Source: Coriobacteriia bacterium
GTDB taxonomy: Bacteria; Actinomycetota; Coriobacteriia; Anaerosomatales; JBAZZO01
Direction of reading: 5' to 3'
NCBI GenBank assembly: GCA_041658765.1
Contig: JBAZZO010000006.1
Location: 37,947 to 101,946, forward strand
DNA: 64,000 bases
Shown one piece after another: positions 26,315 through 35,417 of the stretch (position 1 is the stretch's first letter; every line of letters starts with the position of its first letter). The notes beneath the pieces were generated by a model. It saw only the letters and a program-made list of their open reading frames with translations, did not search any database and had not been told where the DNA came from. Made by a program: the position numbers and the translations under genes.

Positions 26315-29098
26315 GTGGCACGCAGTCGTTCCGATGGAGCAAGGCCCGTTCTCGCGGTCGTCGCGATCGCGATCTTCGTCGTGCTCGTAGCATCGACGGG
26401 GGTGGCGACGTTCTTCACCGACATCCTGTGGTTCCGTGAGATGGGGCAGGAGGCCGTCTTCTGGACGACGCTCTCGAGCCGCTGGGCGATCGGTACCATC
26501 TTCACGGTCGTGATGTTCGCCCTGCTCTTCGTCAACGTGCGCATCGCACGCTCTCTCGCCCCGAGGATCGACCTGCGGCTGCTCGAACCCGAGACGCCGC
26601 TGACCGTCGGCGACGTGCCGATACGGCTCCAACTCACGTTCGCCGAGCTCAAGCAGCGTCTCGACCCGTGGATCGACCGGGGCCTACTCGCCGGATGTGC
26701 CCTGCTCGCGCTCGCCGCGGGGACGCCCATGGCGGCGCGCTGGCACGTCTTCCGTCTCGCGCTCGCACGCGTGCCGTTCGGCGCGACCGATCCGCAGTTC
26801 GGGCGCGATATCGGTTTCTACGTGTTCACATACCCCGCATTGCGCGCGGCGGAGAGCTGGCTGCTCTCCGCGTTCGTGCTCGCGCTCGTCGTGACGGCGG
26901 CGGTGCACCTGCTCGACGGCGCTATCCGCCCGGGGGACCGGCTTCGCGGGTTCGACCCGCACGTGAAGGCGCACCTGTCGGTGCTGGCTGGATTGATCGT
27001 GCTCGTGAAGGGTTTCGGCTACTGGCTCGACATGTTCGGCCTGAACTTCTCTCCGCGAGGCCAGGTGCTGGGGGCCTCCTTCACCGACGTCCACGCGCAG
27101 ATGCCGGCGCTTCGCATCCTCATCGTCATCGCGGTCCTGTCGGGGCTCGCGCTGCTGGTGAACATCCGGTTCAAGGGCTGGCGGCTGCCGGCCGCCGCGA
27201 TCGGCCTCTGGGTCGGCGCGTCGATCATCGTCGGCGGCATCTATCCCGCCATCATCCAGCAGTTCCGCGTCACCCCGAACGAGGTCGCCGCCGAGGCGCC
27301 GTACATCAAGCGCAACATCGAGGGCACCCGGAAGGCGTACGACCTTGAAGCTATCGAGGTGCGGCCCTTCGCGGCAGCCGAGAGCCTGACGGCGAGCGAC
27401 CTCGCCGCGAACCGCCAGACGGTCGACAACGTGCGCCTCTGGGATCCGAGCATCGTCGTCCAGTCGTACAAGCAGTTGCAGGAGATCCGCCCGTACTACG
27501 ACTTCAAGGACGTCGACATCGACCGCTACCGCATCGACGGCACGCGCCAGGAGGTGCTCGTCTCCGTGCGCGAGATGAACGTCGGGCAGCTCGCCGAACA
27601 GGCGAAGACGTGGGTGAACCAGCACCTCGTCTACACGCACGGCTACGGCGTCGTCGTGAGCCCCGTGAACGAGGTGAGCCCGACCGGGCTGCCCCGCTTC
27701 ATCGTGCGCGACATCCCTCCGACGACGACCACGGACCTGCACGTGACGCAGCCCGCGATCTACTTCGGCGAGGAGGAGGGCGAATACGCGATCGCGCCGA
27801 CGGGGATCAAGGAGTTCGACTACCCCTTGGGCGATCGCAACGCCAACGCCTCCTACGCCGGCAAGGCCGGCATCCCGATAGGCGGTCTTTCGCGCCGCAT
27901 CGCCTTCGCGTTGCGCTTCGGCGCGCCCCAGCTGCTCTTCTCCTCGTATGTGACACCCGAGAGCAAAGTCCTGCTGCGCCGCGCCCTGACCGAACGGGTC
28001 GGCGCGCTCGCCCCATGGCTCGCGCTCGACTCCGACCCGTACGCCTCGGTCGTCGACGGGCACGTCGTGTGGATACTCGACGGGTACACGACTTCGTCGT
28101 ACTACCCTTACTCGCAGCGTACCGGCGGCGACGTGAACTACATCCGCAACTCGGTGAAGGTCACGGTCGACGCGTTCGACGGCACGACGACGCTCTACGC
28201 GTTCGACGAGAAGGACCCCGTGCTGCGCGCTTGGCGCGCGGTGTTCCCGACGCTCTTCGCCGACGCGGCGAAGATGCCCGCGGGCGTGCGCGCCCATCTG
28301 CGCTACCCGGAGGACCTCTTCCGCGTGCAGGCCGAGATCTACAAGACCTACCACATGCGCGACCCGCAGGTCTTCTACAACAAGGAGGACTCGTGGGCGA
28401 TACCGGGCGAGAACTCCGCCGACGGCGCGATGGCGCCGTTCTACGTGCTCATGCGCCTGCCCGGGGAGAGCGATGAGACGTTCATGCTCATGCTCCCGTT
28501 CACGCCGCGGAACAAGGACAACATGATCGGCTGGATGGCGGCGAAGGCCGATCCGTCCGACTACGGGCGGCGTGTCGTCTACACCTTCCCGAAGCAGAAG
28601 CTCGTCCTCGGCCCCGAGCAGGTCTCCGCTAGGATCAACCAGGACCCGGTCATCTCGCAGCAGCTCACGCTCTGGAACCAGCGCGGGAGCAGCGTCCTCT
28701 TCGGCAACATGCTCGTCCTCCCGATGGACCAGTCGCTCCTCTTCATCCAACCGCTCTACCTGCAGGCGGAGAAGACCGCGATGCCAGAGCTCACCCGTGT
28801 GCTCGTCGTCTTCGCCGACCGCGTGGCGATGGAGCCCGACCTCGCGACCGCGCTCGCCAAGGTCTTCGGCACCGCTCCGGCGGGGACCGAGCTCTCGAGC
28901 GGCGGCCAGACGGCGGGGAATGCGAGCACGGGGACCGCGACGCCCGCCGGCGACCTCGCGACCGCGCGCTCCCTCTACGAGAAGGCGCTCGCCGCGCAGC
29001 GCTCGGGCGATTGGGCGGCGTACGGCCGCTACATCGAGGAACTGGGACGCGTCCTCTCGAAGATGACGGGTTCGGCGGCCGCGACAGCCACTCCCTAA
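26315..29098 (+). CDS. UPF0182 family large membrane protein
   Basis: About 927 aa. The N-terminal TM bundle carries FFTDILWFREMGQ, followed by a long extracytoplasmic domain typical of UPF0182. GTG at 26315 follows GAGGAGG. GTG at 26297 would overlap the HD-GYP stop. Confidence 0.8.
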   Translation: MARSRSDGARPVLAVVAIAIFVVLVASTGVATFFTDILWFREMGQEAVFWTTLSSRWAIGTIFTVVMFALLFVNVRIARSLAPRIDLRLLEPETPLTVGDVPIRLQLTFAELKQRLDPWIDRGLLAGCALLALAAGTPMAARWHVFRLALARVPFGATDPQFGRDIGFYVFTYPALRAAESWLLSAFVLALVVTAAVHLLDGAIRPGDRLRGFDPHVKAHLSVLAGLIVLVKGFGYWLDMFGLNFSPRGQVLGASFTDVHAQMPALRILIVIAVLSGLALLVNIRFKGWRLPAAAIGLWVGASIIVGGIYPAIIQQFRVTPNEVAAEAPYIKRNIEGTRKAYDLEAIEVRPFAAAESLTASDLAANRQTVDNVRLWDPSIVVQSYKQLQEIRPYYDFKDVDIDRYRIDGTRQEVLVSVREMNVGQLAEQAKTWVNQHLVYTHGYGVVVSPVNEVSPTGLPRFIVRDIPPTTTTDLHVTQPAIYFGEEEGEYAIAPTGIKEFDYPLGDRNANASYAGKAGIPIGGLSRRIAFALRFGAPQLLFSSYVTPESKVLLRRALTERVGALAPWLALDSDPYASVVDGHVVWILDGYTTSSYYPYSQRTGGDVNYIRNSVKVTVDAFDGTTTLYAFDEKDPVLRAWRAVFPTLFADAAKMPAGVRAHLRYPEDLFRVQAEIYKTYHMRDPQVFYNKEDSWAIPGENSADGAMAPFYVLMRLPGESDETFMLMLPFTPRNKDNMIGWMAAKADPSDYGRRVVYTFPKQKLVLGPEQVSARINQDPVISQQLTLWNQRGSSVLFGNMLVLPMDQSLLFIQPLYLQAEKTAMPELTRVLVVFADRVAMEPDLATALAKVFGTAPAGTELSSGGQTAGNASTGTATPAGDLATARSLYEKALAAQRSGDWAAYGRYIEELGRVLSKMTGSAAATATP

Positions 29099-29166
29099 GG
29101 GCCTCGGGCCGAGCGCCATACATATACCCTGACCTGGCCGGATAGCCGGTCGGCCCGCTTTCTGCT

Positions 29167-29190
29167 AGGCTTTGTGAGGTTTCAAAGCCT
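29167..29190 (+). terminator. hairpin AGGCTTTG-N8-CAAAGCCT downstream of the UPF0182 gene
   Basis: Perfect 8-bp stem read from the sequence, about 70 nt after the stop. No clear U-tract follows, so its terminator function is uncertain. Confidence 0.3.
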
Positions 29191-29261
29191 TCCTGCAAGG
29201 TGCCCGCATGCGTGCTCGAGGTCTTCGAAGGCCGAGAGCGCACGGACCAGCGCGGCGGGTG

Positions 29262-29465
29262 CGACGACGAGAAGCCGAGTCACGGGAACCGGTGGCCGCG
29301 TCCCCAGACAGGGGAAGCGAAGAAGAGCCGCCGACCGCGTCCGGCAAAGGGTCCGCACGCCGAAACGCATACTCGCGTTCTCCGGCCGAAGGCGGCGCAT
29401 CGCCCTTTCGGGACCGGGGCCGAGGCAGCGATCGAGCCCACCCAGAACCACCTCCGCTGTCTAAG
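29262..29465 (+). promoter_or_regulatory. candidate structured leader, possibly a ydaO-type c-di-AMP riboswitch (weak)
   Basis: GCCGAGUCACGGGAACC (29274-29290), CAGGGGAAGCG, AAAGGGUCCGC and GCCCACCCAGAACCACCUCCG (about 29436-29456) loosely resemble ydaO core blocks. The downstream gene class (cell-wall hydrolase) fits. This was not verified by a covariance model. Confidence 0.25.
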
Positions 29466-29532
29466 ACTATGCCTTTGTCGAGGCATGCCCCCGGGTCGCC
29501 GCCAGTCCTGCACCCGATCGTGGAGGTCATGT

Positions 29533-29970
29533 GTGAAGGTACGTAACGATCCACCCCGGCCTGGCCGCTCACTCGCCCGGTCCGCCGGCGCTCTCGCGCT
29601 GGTGACGGCGATGCTCCTCGCGAGCGGCACGCTCACCCCGGCGACGGCGCAAGCCGTCACGGCCCCCAGGCCCGCGACGCGCGCCGTCCGCTGGGACGCC
29701 GCGCGCGTCTCGTGGTATGGCCCCGGCTTCTACGGCCGCTCGATGGCCGGTGGCGGGCGCTTGACGCGGGCGAGCATGGTCGTCGCCCACCGGTACCTGC
29801 CGTTCGGTACACGCATCCAGTTCGCATACCGGGGCCAGACGACGGTCGCCGTCGTGCAGGACCGCGGTCCCTACGTCGGAGGACGGGAGTTCGACCTCGG
29901 GCCGGGCGTCGCTCGCAGGCTGCGTTTCTCGGGAGTGGGAAGGGTGCGCTTCCGCATCCTGGGCCGGTAG
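29533..29970 (+). CDS. RlpA-like (DPBB) lytic transglycosylase family protein, secreted
   Basis: GTG at 29533 follows GGAGG. A signal peptide ends ...TPATAQA. VSWYGPGFYGRSMAGGGRL...HRYLPFGTRI...VVQDRGPYVGGREFDL is the DPBB pattern. Confidence 0.75.
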   Translation: MKVRNDPPRPGRSLARSAGALALVTAMLLASGTLTPATAQAVTAPRPATRAVRWDAARVSWYGPGFYGRSMAGGGRLTRASMVVAHRYLPFGTRIQFAYRGQTTVAVVQDRGPYVGGREFDLGPGVARRLRFSGVGRVRFRILGR

Positions 29971-30051
29971 GCTCTCGCCCCGCGTTTTAGGGTATCTTCG
30001 TATCCGGCGGTCCCATTCGGGCCGTCGTGATGAGAGGGAGGACCTAAGACG

Positions 30052-30450
30052 ATGCCGAGACGCGGCCCCAAGGCGTCGAAGACCGAGAGCGCGAGCAGCG
30101 GACCGCAGCCGGCGCCGGCTGCCGACGCGCCGAAGCGCGACGGCGTCTCGGGTGTCATCGACGCGGCGGCGGACCTTCTCCAGACGTTCGTCGACTGGCT
30201 GCGCCAGGAGGCGGAGGCCCTGGTCCGGGAGAAGGTCGTCAAACCGATCCAGCGCCTCGGCCTCACCCTGGCGGCCGCTTCCGCCGCGGGGTGTCTCGCC
30301 GTCTTCGGCCTGATGTTCGTGGCGGTGGGCCTCTTCATGCTGCTCGGGCAGGCCATCGGTTACGCGTGGGCGCTGCTTCTCATCGGTGGGGTCTACCTCG
30401 TGGGCTCGCTCGTTTTCGTCGCGATCAAGGTGAGGATGATGCAGAAGTGA
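30052..30450 (+). CDS. holin-X/DUF1469-like membrane protein
   Basis: 132 aa. An amphipathic helix is followed by two TM helices and a basic tail, the pattern of the actinobacterial holin-X family. Confidence 0.55.
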   Translation: MPRRGPKASKTESASSGPQPAPAADAPKRDGVSGVIDAAADLLQTFVDWLRQEAEALVREKVVKPIQRLGLTLAAASAAGCLAVFGLMFVAVGLFMLLGQAIGYAWALLLIGGVYLVGSLVFVAIKVRMMQK

Positions 30451-30635
30451 CGTCCGAAGCGCCCGCCATCACCCTCGATGAACTGCGCCGCAAGGCCGAG
30501 CGCGTCCGAGAGCTCTCCGAAGAGGAGTTCCGCCGCCTGACGACCGAGCGTCTCTCGCGGACCATCGGCATCGCCGCCGTGGCCGCCGTGGTGCTGGTCT
30601 CGGCGGCATACATGCTGGGCGCGCGACGGCGCTGA
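30447..30635 (+). CDS. small membrane-anchored protein
   Basis: The GTG overlaps the upstream stop (GTGA). 62 aa: a charged helix followed by one C-terminal TM helix. Confidence 0.4.
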   Translation: MTSEAPAITLDELRRKAERVRELSEEEFRRLTTERLSRTIGIAAVAAVVLVSAAYMLGARRR

Positions 30636-30648
30636 CGGGGGGATCCGC

Positions 30649-31122
30649 ATGCGTGTCGACAGCATCACCGTGCACGAGGACCGGGTCGACGTCGTCGTTC
30701 GCGTGGAGGGCGGCGAGCCGTTGCGCACGTCCGCTGTCGGAGAGCTTCCCGAGAAGGTGCTGGAGCTTCTCCCCGGACTCGCTCGTCACCGCTGCGACAA
30801 CGGCGCGTGCGCGACTTTCCGCGAGGAACTCGAGGACACCGAGATCGCGCACCTGTTCGAGCACGTGGTGATGGAGATGATGGCGCTCGCCGGATCGCCG
30901 CGCTCGCTCAAAGGCGAGACCGAGTGGGACTTCGAGCGGGACGGCCGAGGCTTCTTCCGCGTGAGCCTCGAGTACGACGACGACCTCGTCTGCCTCGGCG
31001 CCGTGAAGGCCGCAGACCGCGTGATGGACCATCTGCTCAGGGGCAAGGCGCCATTCGACGTCACCGCTGAGGCCGTTCGGCTGCGGGCGCTACGCGCCGC
31101 GCCGACCGCGATGCCGGCATAG
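30649..31122 (+). CDS. hypothetical protein resembling the cyanophycin-synthetase N-terminal domain
   Basis: 157 aa. LLPGLARHRC...TEIAHLFEHVVMEMMALAG parallels my recollection of the CphA N-domain (LPSLVEHFC...GHIVEHIALELQELAG). Similarity was judged by eye only. Confidence 0.5.
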   Translation: MRVDSITVHEDRVDVVVRVEGGEPLRTSAVGELPEKVLELLPGLARHRCDNGACATFREELEDTEIAHLFEHVVMEMMALAGSPRSLKGETEWDFERDGRGFFRVSLEYDDDLVCLGAVKAADRVMDHLLRGKAPFDVTAEAVRLRALRAAPTAMPA

Positions 31123-31368
31123 ACGCCCCTCGCCTCATCTTCGCGGCACGCTCCAGGGCCATCGCGAGGCCCGCCGTCGCGCCGTGGACGTTGCTCGAAG
31201 CCGCGCCGCCTGCGGAGCGGGACGCACCGCTCGCCGGGATTGCCCCGCCAGTGGCGGGATGTCTCTATCATGCGTTCGCGCCTCCGGATAGCCTCGAACC
31301 ACCGAACGGGTTCCGGCCGATCGTCGTTCCCGCGACCCTGCCGCACCCGCGATTCGGAGGCTGAGGAG

Positions 31369-31632
31369 ATGCCGACAGGGACTTCCAGGTGTCCTGGGAA
31401 CGACGGCAGGTCTCTGACCGCCGGTATCTACAAGTGCCCACGGTGCGGCGGAGAGGTCGAGTTGTTCTCCGACGAAGGGCGCCGACGTTGTCCCTCGTGC
31501 GGCGCGACGGTGGTCAAGGAGCAAGCACCTAGCTGCATAGTGTGGTGTCAGCACGCCAGAGAGTGCCTGGGCGAGGAGCGCTTCGAGGCGCTCACGTCAC
31601 GATCGGACGATCCCGCAGGACCCGAAGAGTAG
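31369..31632 (+). CDS. small Cys-rich zinc-ribbon protein
   Basis: ATG follows GAGGAG. 87 aa with CPRCGG...CPSCG (a 4-Cys ribbon) plus CIVWCQHARECLG. Confidence 0.55.
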   Translation: MPTGTSRCPGNDGRSLTAGIYKCPRCGGEVELFSDEGRRRCPSCGATVVKEQAPSCIVWCQHARECLGEERFEALTSRSDDPAGPEE

Positions 31633-31756
31633 CATCCCCATCCCCGCGACCCCTGCTCGGGCATCCCGCGTAGGGTATGTGTGACTCCGATGGACGAAGA
31701 TCCGCGCACCGGCCGGATCGGCCAGCAGGGCGAGGGAACACGAGGAGCGTGAGTAG

Positions 31757-33451
31757 ATGAAGTCGGATCTGGAGATCGCCCAGGAAGCGACCTTGCGGCC
31801 CATCACCGAAGTCGCTGCCGAGATCGGCATCTCGGAGGACCATCTCGAGATGTACGGCAAGTTCAAGGCGAAGATAGCGCTCGACGTCCTCGGCTCGTTG
31901 GCCGACCGTCCCCAGGGCCGCTACATCGATGTGACCGCGATCAACCCTACGCCGCTGGGCGAGGGCAAGACGGTCACCACGGTCGGCCTCGGTCAGGCGC
32001 TGAAGCATATCGGCAAGAACGTCATCACCTGCATCCGGCAGCCGTCGCTGGGTCCGGTCTTCGGCATCAAAGGCGGTGCGGCCGGTGGCGGCTACTCGCA
32101 GGTCATCCCGATGGAGGACTTCAACCTCCACCTGACCGGCGACGTCCACGCCGTCACGATGGCCAACAACCTGCTCGCCGCCTACATCGACAACCACCTC
32201 CACCACGGCAACGTCCTCGACATCGATCCCTACTCGATCACATGGCGGCGGGTGGTGGACCTCAACGATCGCGCGCTCCGCAACGTGGTCGTCGGCCTCG
32301 GCGGGAAGCTGGACGGTCCGCCTCGCGAGACCGGCTGGGACATCTCGGTCGCGAGCGAGGTCATGGCGATCCTGGCGATGGCGACCGACCTCGGGGACCT
32401 TCGCGCGCGCCTGGGCCGCATCGTCATCGGCACCGACCGCTCGGGCCAGCCCGTCACCGCCGAGGACCTGAAATGCGCGGGAGCGATGGCGGTGTTGATG
32501 CGGGACGCCGTCAAGCCGAACCTGATGCAGAACCTGGAGGGCGGCGCGGTACTCGTGCACGCCGGCCCCTTCGCCAACATCGCGCAGGGCAACAACTCCA
32601 TCATCGCCGACAAGATCGCACTCAGGATCGCGGACTATGTGGTGACGGAGTCCGGTTTCGGCGCCGACATGGGCGCCGAGAAGTTCATGAACATCAAGTG
32701 CCGCGCTTCGGGGCTCGTTCCCGACTGCGTGGTCATCGTCGCGACCGTGCGCGCTCTCAAGGCCGCATCGGGCAAGTTCCAGGTCATCCCCGGCAAGCCG
32801 TTGGACGCCCGGCTGTTGACCGAGGACCTCGACTCGATCGCCGAAGGCATCGTCAACCTCGAGGTCCACGTCGAGAACATGAAGAAGTTCGGCGTACCGG
32901 TGGTGGTCGCGGTCAACCACTTCCCCACCGACACGGAGGCCGAGCACGCCTTCATCAAGGAGCGCGCGCTCTGTGCGGGCGCCGATTCCGCCGTCACGCA
33001 CAAGGTCCACGCGGGCGGTGGGGCGGGAGGCGAGGAACTCGCGACGGCCGTCGTCGCTGCATGCGAGATGCCCAAGGAGTTCAAGTTGCTCTACCCGGAC
33101 GACGCCTCGATCAAGGAGAAGATCGAGACCATCGCCCGCGAGATCTATCGCGCGGACGGTGTGGATTACCTGCCCGCCGCCGAGGCCAAGATCAGGCTCT
33201 ACACCGATCTCGGCTACGGCAGCCTGCCGATCTGCATGGCGAAGACCCACCTGTCGCTGTCGCACGATCCGACGCTCAAGGGCCGGCCCACCGGCTGGCG
33301 CCTGCCGATCCGCGACATCCGAGCCAGCGTCGGCGCCGGGTTCCTCTACCCGCTGTGTGGCGACATGCGTACCATGCCGGGACTCCCGAAGACCCCCGCA
33401 GGCGACAACATCGACCTCGACGCCGACGGCAACGTCGTCGGGCTGTTCTAG
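31757..33451 (+). CDS. fhs: formate--tetrahydrofolate ligase
   Basis: 564 aa. Shows SDLEIAQEA..., TAINPTPLGEGKTT and other FTHFS hallmarks throughout. Confidence 0.95.
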   Translation: MKSDLEIAQEATLRPITEVAAEIGISEDHLEMYGKFKAKIALDVLGSLADRPQGRYIDVTAINPTPLGEGKTVTTVGLGQALKHIGKNVITCIRQPSLGPVFGIKGGAAGGGYSQVIPMEDFNLHLTGDVHAVTMANNLLAAYIDNHLHHGNVLDIDPYSITWRRVVDLNDRALRNVVVGLGGKLDGPPRETGWDISVASEVMAILAMATDLGDLRARLGRIVIGTDRSGQPVTAEDLKCAGAMAVLMRDAVKPNLMQNLEGGAVLVHAGPFANIAQGNNSIIADKIALRIADYVVTESGFGADMGAEKFMNIKCRASGLVPDCVVIVATVRALKAASGKFQVIPGKPLDARLLTEDLDSIAEGIVNLEVHVENMKKFGVPVVVAVNHFPTDTEAEHAFIKERALCAGADSAVTHKVHAGGGAGGEELATAVVAACEMPKEFKLLYPDDASIKEKIETIAREIYRADGVDYLPAAEAKIRLYTDLGYGSLPICMAKTHLSLSHDPTLKGRPTGWRLPIRDIRASVGAGFLYPLCGDMRTMPGLPKTPAGDNIDLDADGNVVGLF

Positions 33452-33473
33452 CACGGGCGGAGGCAGACCGGCG

Positions 33474-35417
33474 ATGCCGCGAGTGACGTTCATGCCCGAT
33501 GGAGTGACCCTCACCGTCTCGTCAGGTGAGAGTCTCCTTCGCGCCGCCATGATGGCGGACGTGGGTGTGAGCGCTTCGTGCGGTGGCGACGGCACGTGCG
33601 GCAAGTGCCGGATGGTCGTCGAGCACGGCAAGGTCGACGGGTCGTCGTCGACGAAGCTGACCACCGAGCAGGTCGAGAAGGGCTACGTGCTCGCCTGTCT
33701 CTCGTCGGTGACGGAAGACGTCGCGGTGCGCATCCCCATCGAGTCGTTGCCGGGGGCCGCACCCGTTCATGGCGCCGGGCGGCGGCTCGTCAACACCGTG
33801 CTGTCGGCGGAGGACCATGCGGTCCGGCTTCCGCCGATCAAGCTGCACGCGCCCATCTTCAAGGCCGCGCTCGATCTGCAGGAACCCGATCTGACCGACA
33901 ACGCCGCCGATGCCACCCGCGTGCGCCAGGCGTTGCGCCGGGGCTACGGCGTGCGCGGCGCGACGATCTCGCTCGACGCCCTGCGGCGCCTGCCCTCGCT
34001 CGCCCGCGAGGGCGGCTGGACGGTCACGGCGTTCGTCGCCGAGCCGTGCGAGGCGGGACCGTGCATCTCCGGGTTCCACGCGGGAGATACGAGCGCGCGG
34101 CAGTTCTCGGCGGCGGTGGACATCGGCACGACGACCGTGGAGGTAGCGCTGATCGACGTCGTGACCGGCCATGTGGTGGCCAGACACGCAGCATACAACG
34201 CGCAGGTCTCGCGAGGCGAAGATGTCATCACCCGGGTCATCGCCGCCGACAGCGAGGAGGGTCTGGAGGAGCTGCACGGTCTCGCCATCAAGAGCGTGTC
34301 GGATCTCATCGCGCTGTGCTTCGAGGAGGCCGGGGCCGACCCGGAAGACCTCGTGTCGTACGTCACCGCCGGCAACACCGTCATGACGCACCTGCTGCTC
34401 GGCATCTCGCCCGCGAGCATCCGCACATCGCCCTACGTCCCTCCCGCGTCGTCCTTCCCGTGGGTGCGGGCGCGCTCCCTCGGGCTCCCGGGTTCGGCCG
34501 CTACCCGCGTCGTGCCGCTGCCGTGCCCGGCGAGTTGGCTCGGCGGCGACGTCGTGGCCGGCGTCGTCGCGGCGGGTATCCCTTGGCGCGACAAGCTGAC
34601 GCTCTTCATCGACGTGGGGACGAACGGCGAGATCGTGCTCGGCAACAGCGAATGGCTGGTGTCGTGTTCGTGCTCGGCAGGTCCCGCGTTCGAGGGCGGA
34701 GGCATCCGACACGGGATGCGCGCCGCGGAAGGGGCCATCGAGCAGGTACGCATCGACCCGGCGACGCTCGAGCCCTCGATCATGACGATCGGCTCGGCCA
34801 GCCCTATCGGCATCTGCGGCAGCGGGCTCATCGACACGGTGTGCGACCTCTTCCTATGCGGTGCGATCGACCGTACGGGCAAGTTCGCCGTGGAGCCCGA
34901 CGGCGGCCGCATCCGCGACGGGGAACACGGGCGCGAGTACGTGCTCGTCCACGCCGGCGACTCGGGGACCGGCCACGCCATCACCCTGGGTGAGGTCGAC
35001 ATCGACAACCTCATGCGCGCGAAGGCCGCCATCTACGCGGGCATCTGCGTTCTGATCGAGAGCCTTGACGTGACCATCGGCGACATCAGCGAGGTCGTGG
35101 TCGCGGGAGGCTTCGGCCACTACCTGGACCTGGAGCGCGTCACCGCCTTGGGCATGGTGCCCGAGATGGACCCGGGCGACTTCGTGTTCCTCGGCAACGG
35201 TTCTCTGCTCGGCGCCACGCTGTGCGTCCGTTCGCGGGAGATGCTCGAGCAGGCGCGCTCGGTCGCCGAGATGATGACCTACCTCGAGCTCTCGGTGAAC
35301 GCCGGCTTCATGGACCACTACGTCTCGGCTCTCTTCCTGCCGCACACGGACCTGTCGGCGTTCCCGCGCACGGAGGCGCTCCGAGCGCAGCGTTCCGGTG
35401 TTCGGGGGGTGAGCTAG
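33474..35417 (+). CDS. acsV: corrinoid activation/regeneration protein (RACo/AcsV): 2Fe-2S ferredoxin + ASKHA ATPase
   Basis: ATG at 33474. The N-terminal plant-type ferredoxin motif is SASCGGDGTCGKC, followed by a large ASKHA-like domain (DIGTTTV, DVGTNGEI). It sits in the CODH/ACS operon. Confidence 0.85.
   Translation: MPRVTFMPDGVTLTVSSGESLLRAAMMADVGVSASCGGDGTCGKCRMVVEHGKVDGSSSTKLTTEQVEKGYVLACLSSVTEDVAVRIPIESLPGAAPVHGAGRRLVNTVLSAEDHAVRLPPIKLHAPIFKAALDLQEPDLTDNAADATRVRQALRRGYGVRGATISLDALRRLPSLAREGGWTVTAFVAEPCEAGPCISGFHAGDTSARQFSAAVDIGTTTVEVALIDVVTGHVVARHAAYNAQVSRGEDVITRVIAADSEEGLEELHGLAIKSVSDLIALCFEEAGADPEDLVSYVTAGNTVMTHLLLGISPASIRTSPYVPPASSFPWVRARSLGLPGSAATRVVPLPCPASWLGGDVVAGVVAAGIPWRDKLTLFIDVGTNGEIVLGNSEWLVSCSCSAGPAFEGGGIRHGMRAAEGAIEQVRIDPATLEPSIMTIGSASPIGICGSGLIDTVCDLFLCGAIDRTGKFAVEPDGGRIRDGEHGREYVLVHAGDSGTGHAITLGEVDIDNLMRAKAAIYAGICVLIESLDVTIGDISEVVVAGGFGHYLDLERVTALGMVPEMDPGDFVFLGNGSLLGATLCVRSREMLEQARSVAEMMTYLELSVNAGFMDHYVSALFLPHTDLSAFPRTEALRAQRSGVRGVS

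Noticed and set aside
29165-29572. Three overlapping ORFs (29165-29572 minus, 29174-29464 plus, 29208-29546 plus) and the long form of ORF 29200-29970
   Set aside because: They have Arg/Pro/Gly-rich low-complexity products, overlap each other and lack an RBS. The RlpA-like domain only needs the part from GTG 29533, which has GGAGG and a signal peptide.
31123-31368. 246-nt gap upstream of the zinc-ribbon gene as a possible riboswitch or small RNA
   Set aside because: I found only a short CCCGCC-AGT-GGCGGG hairpin and weak promoter-like hexamers with poor spacing. It is probably just the operon promoter region.
31633-31756. Possible ZTP (pfl) or THF riboswitch upstream of fhs
   Set aside because: GUGACU and ACCGG-like strings are present. 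However, there is no P1 partner for the 5' strand, no CCGNCUGGGC 3' element, and no pseudoknot complementarity in the right place. Only a generic hairpin (GATCCG-N9-CGGATC, 31699-31719) with an alternative pairing remains.
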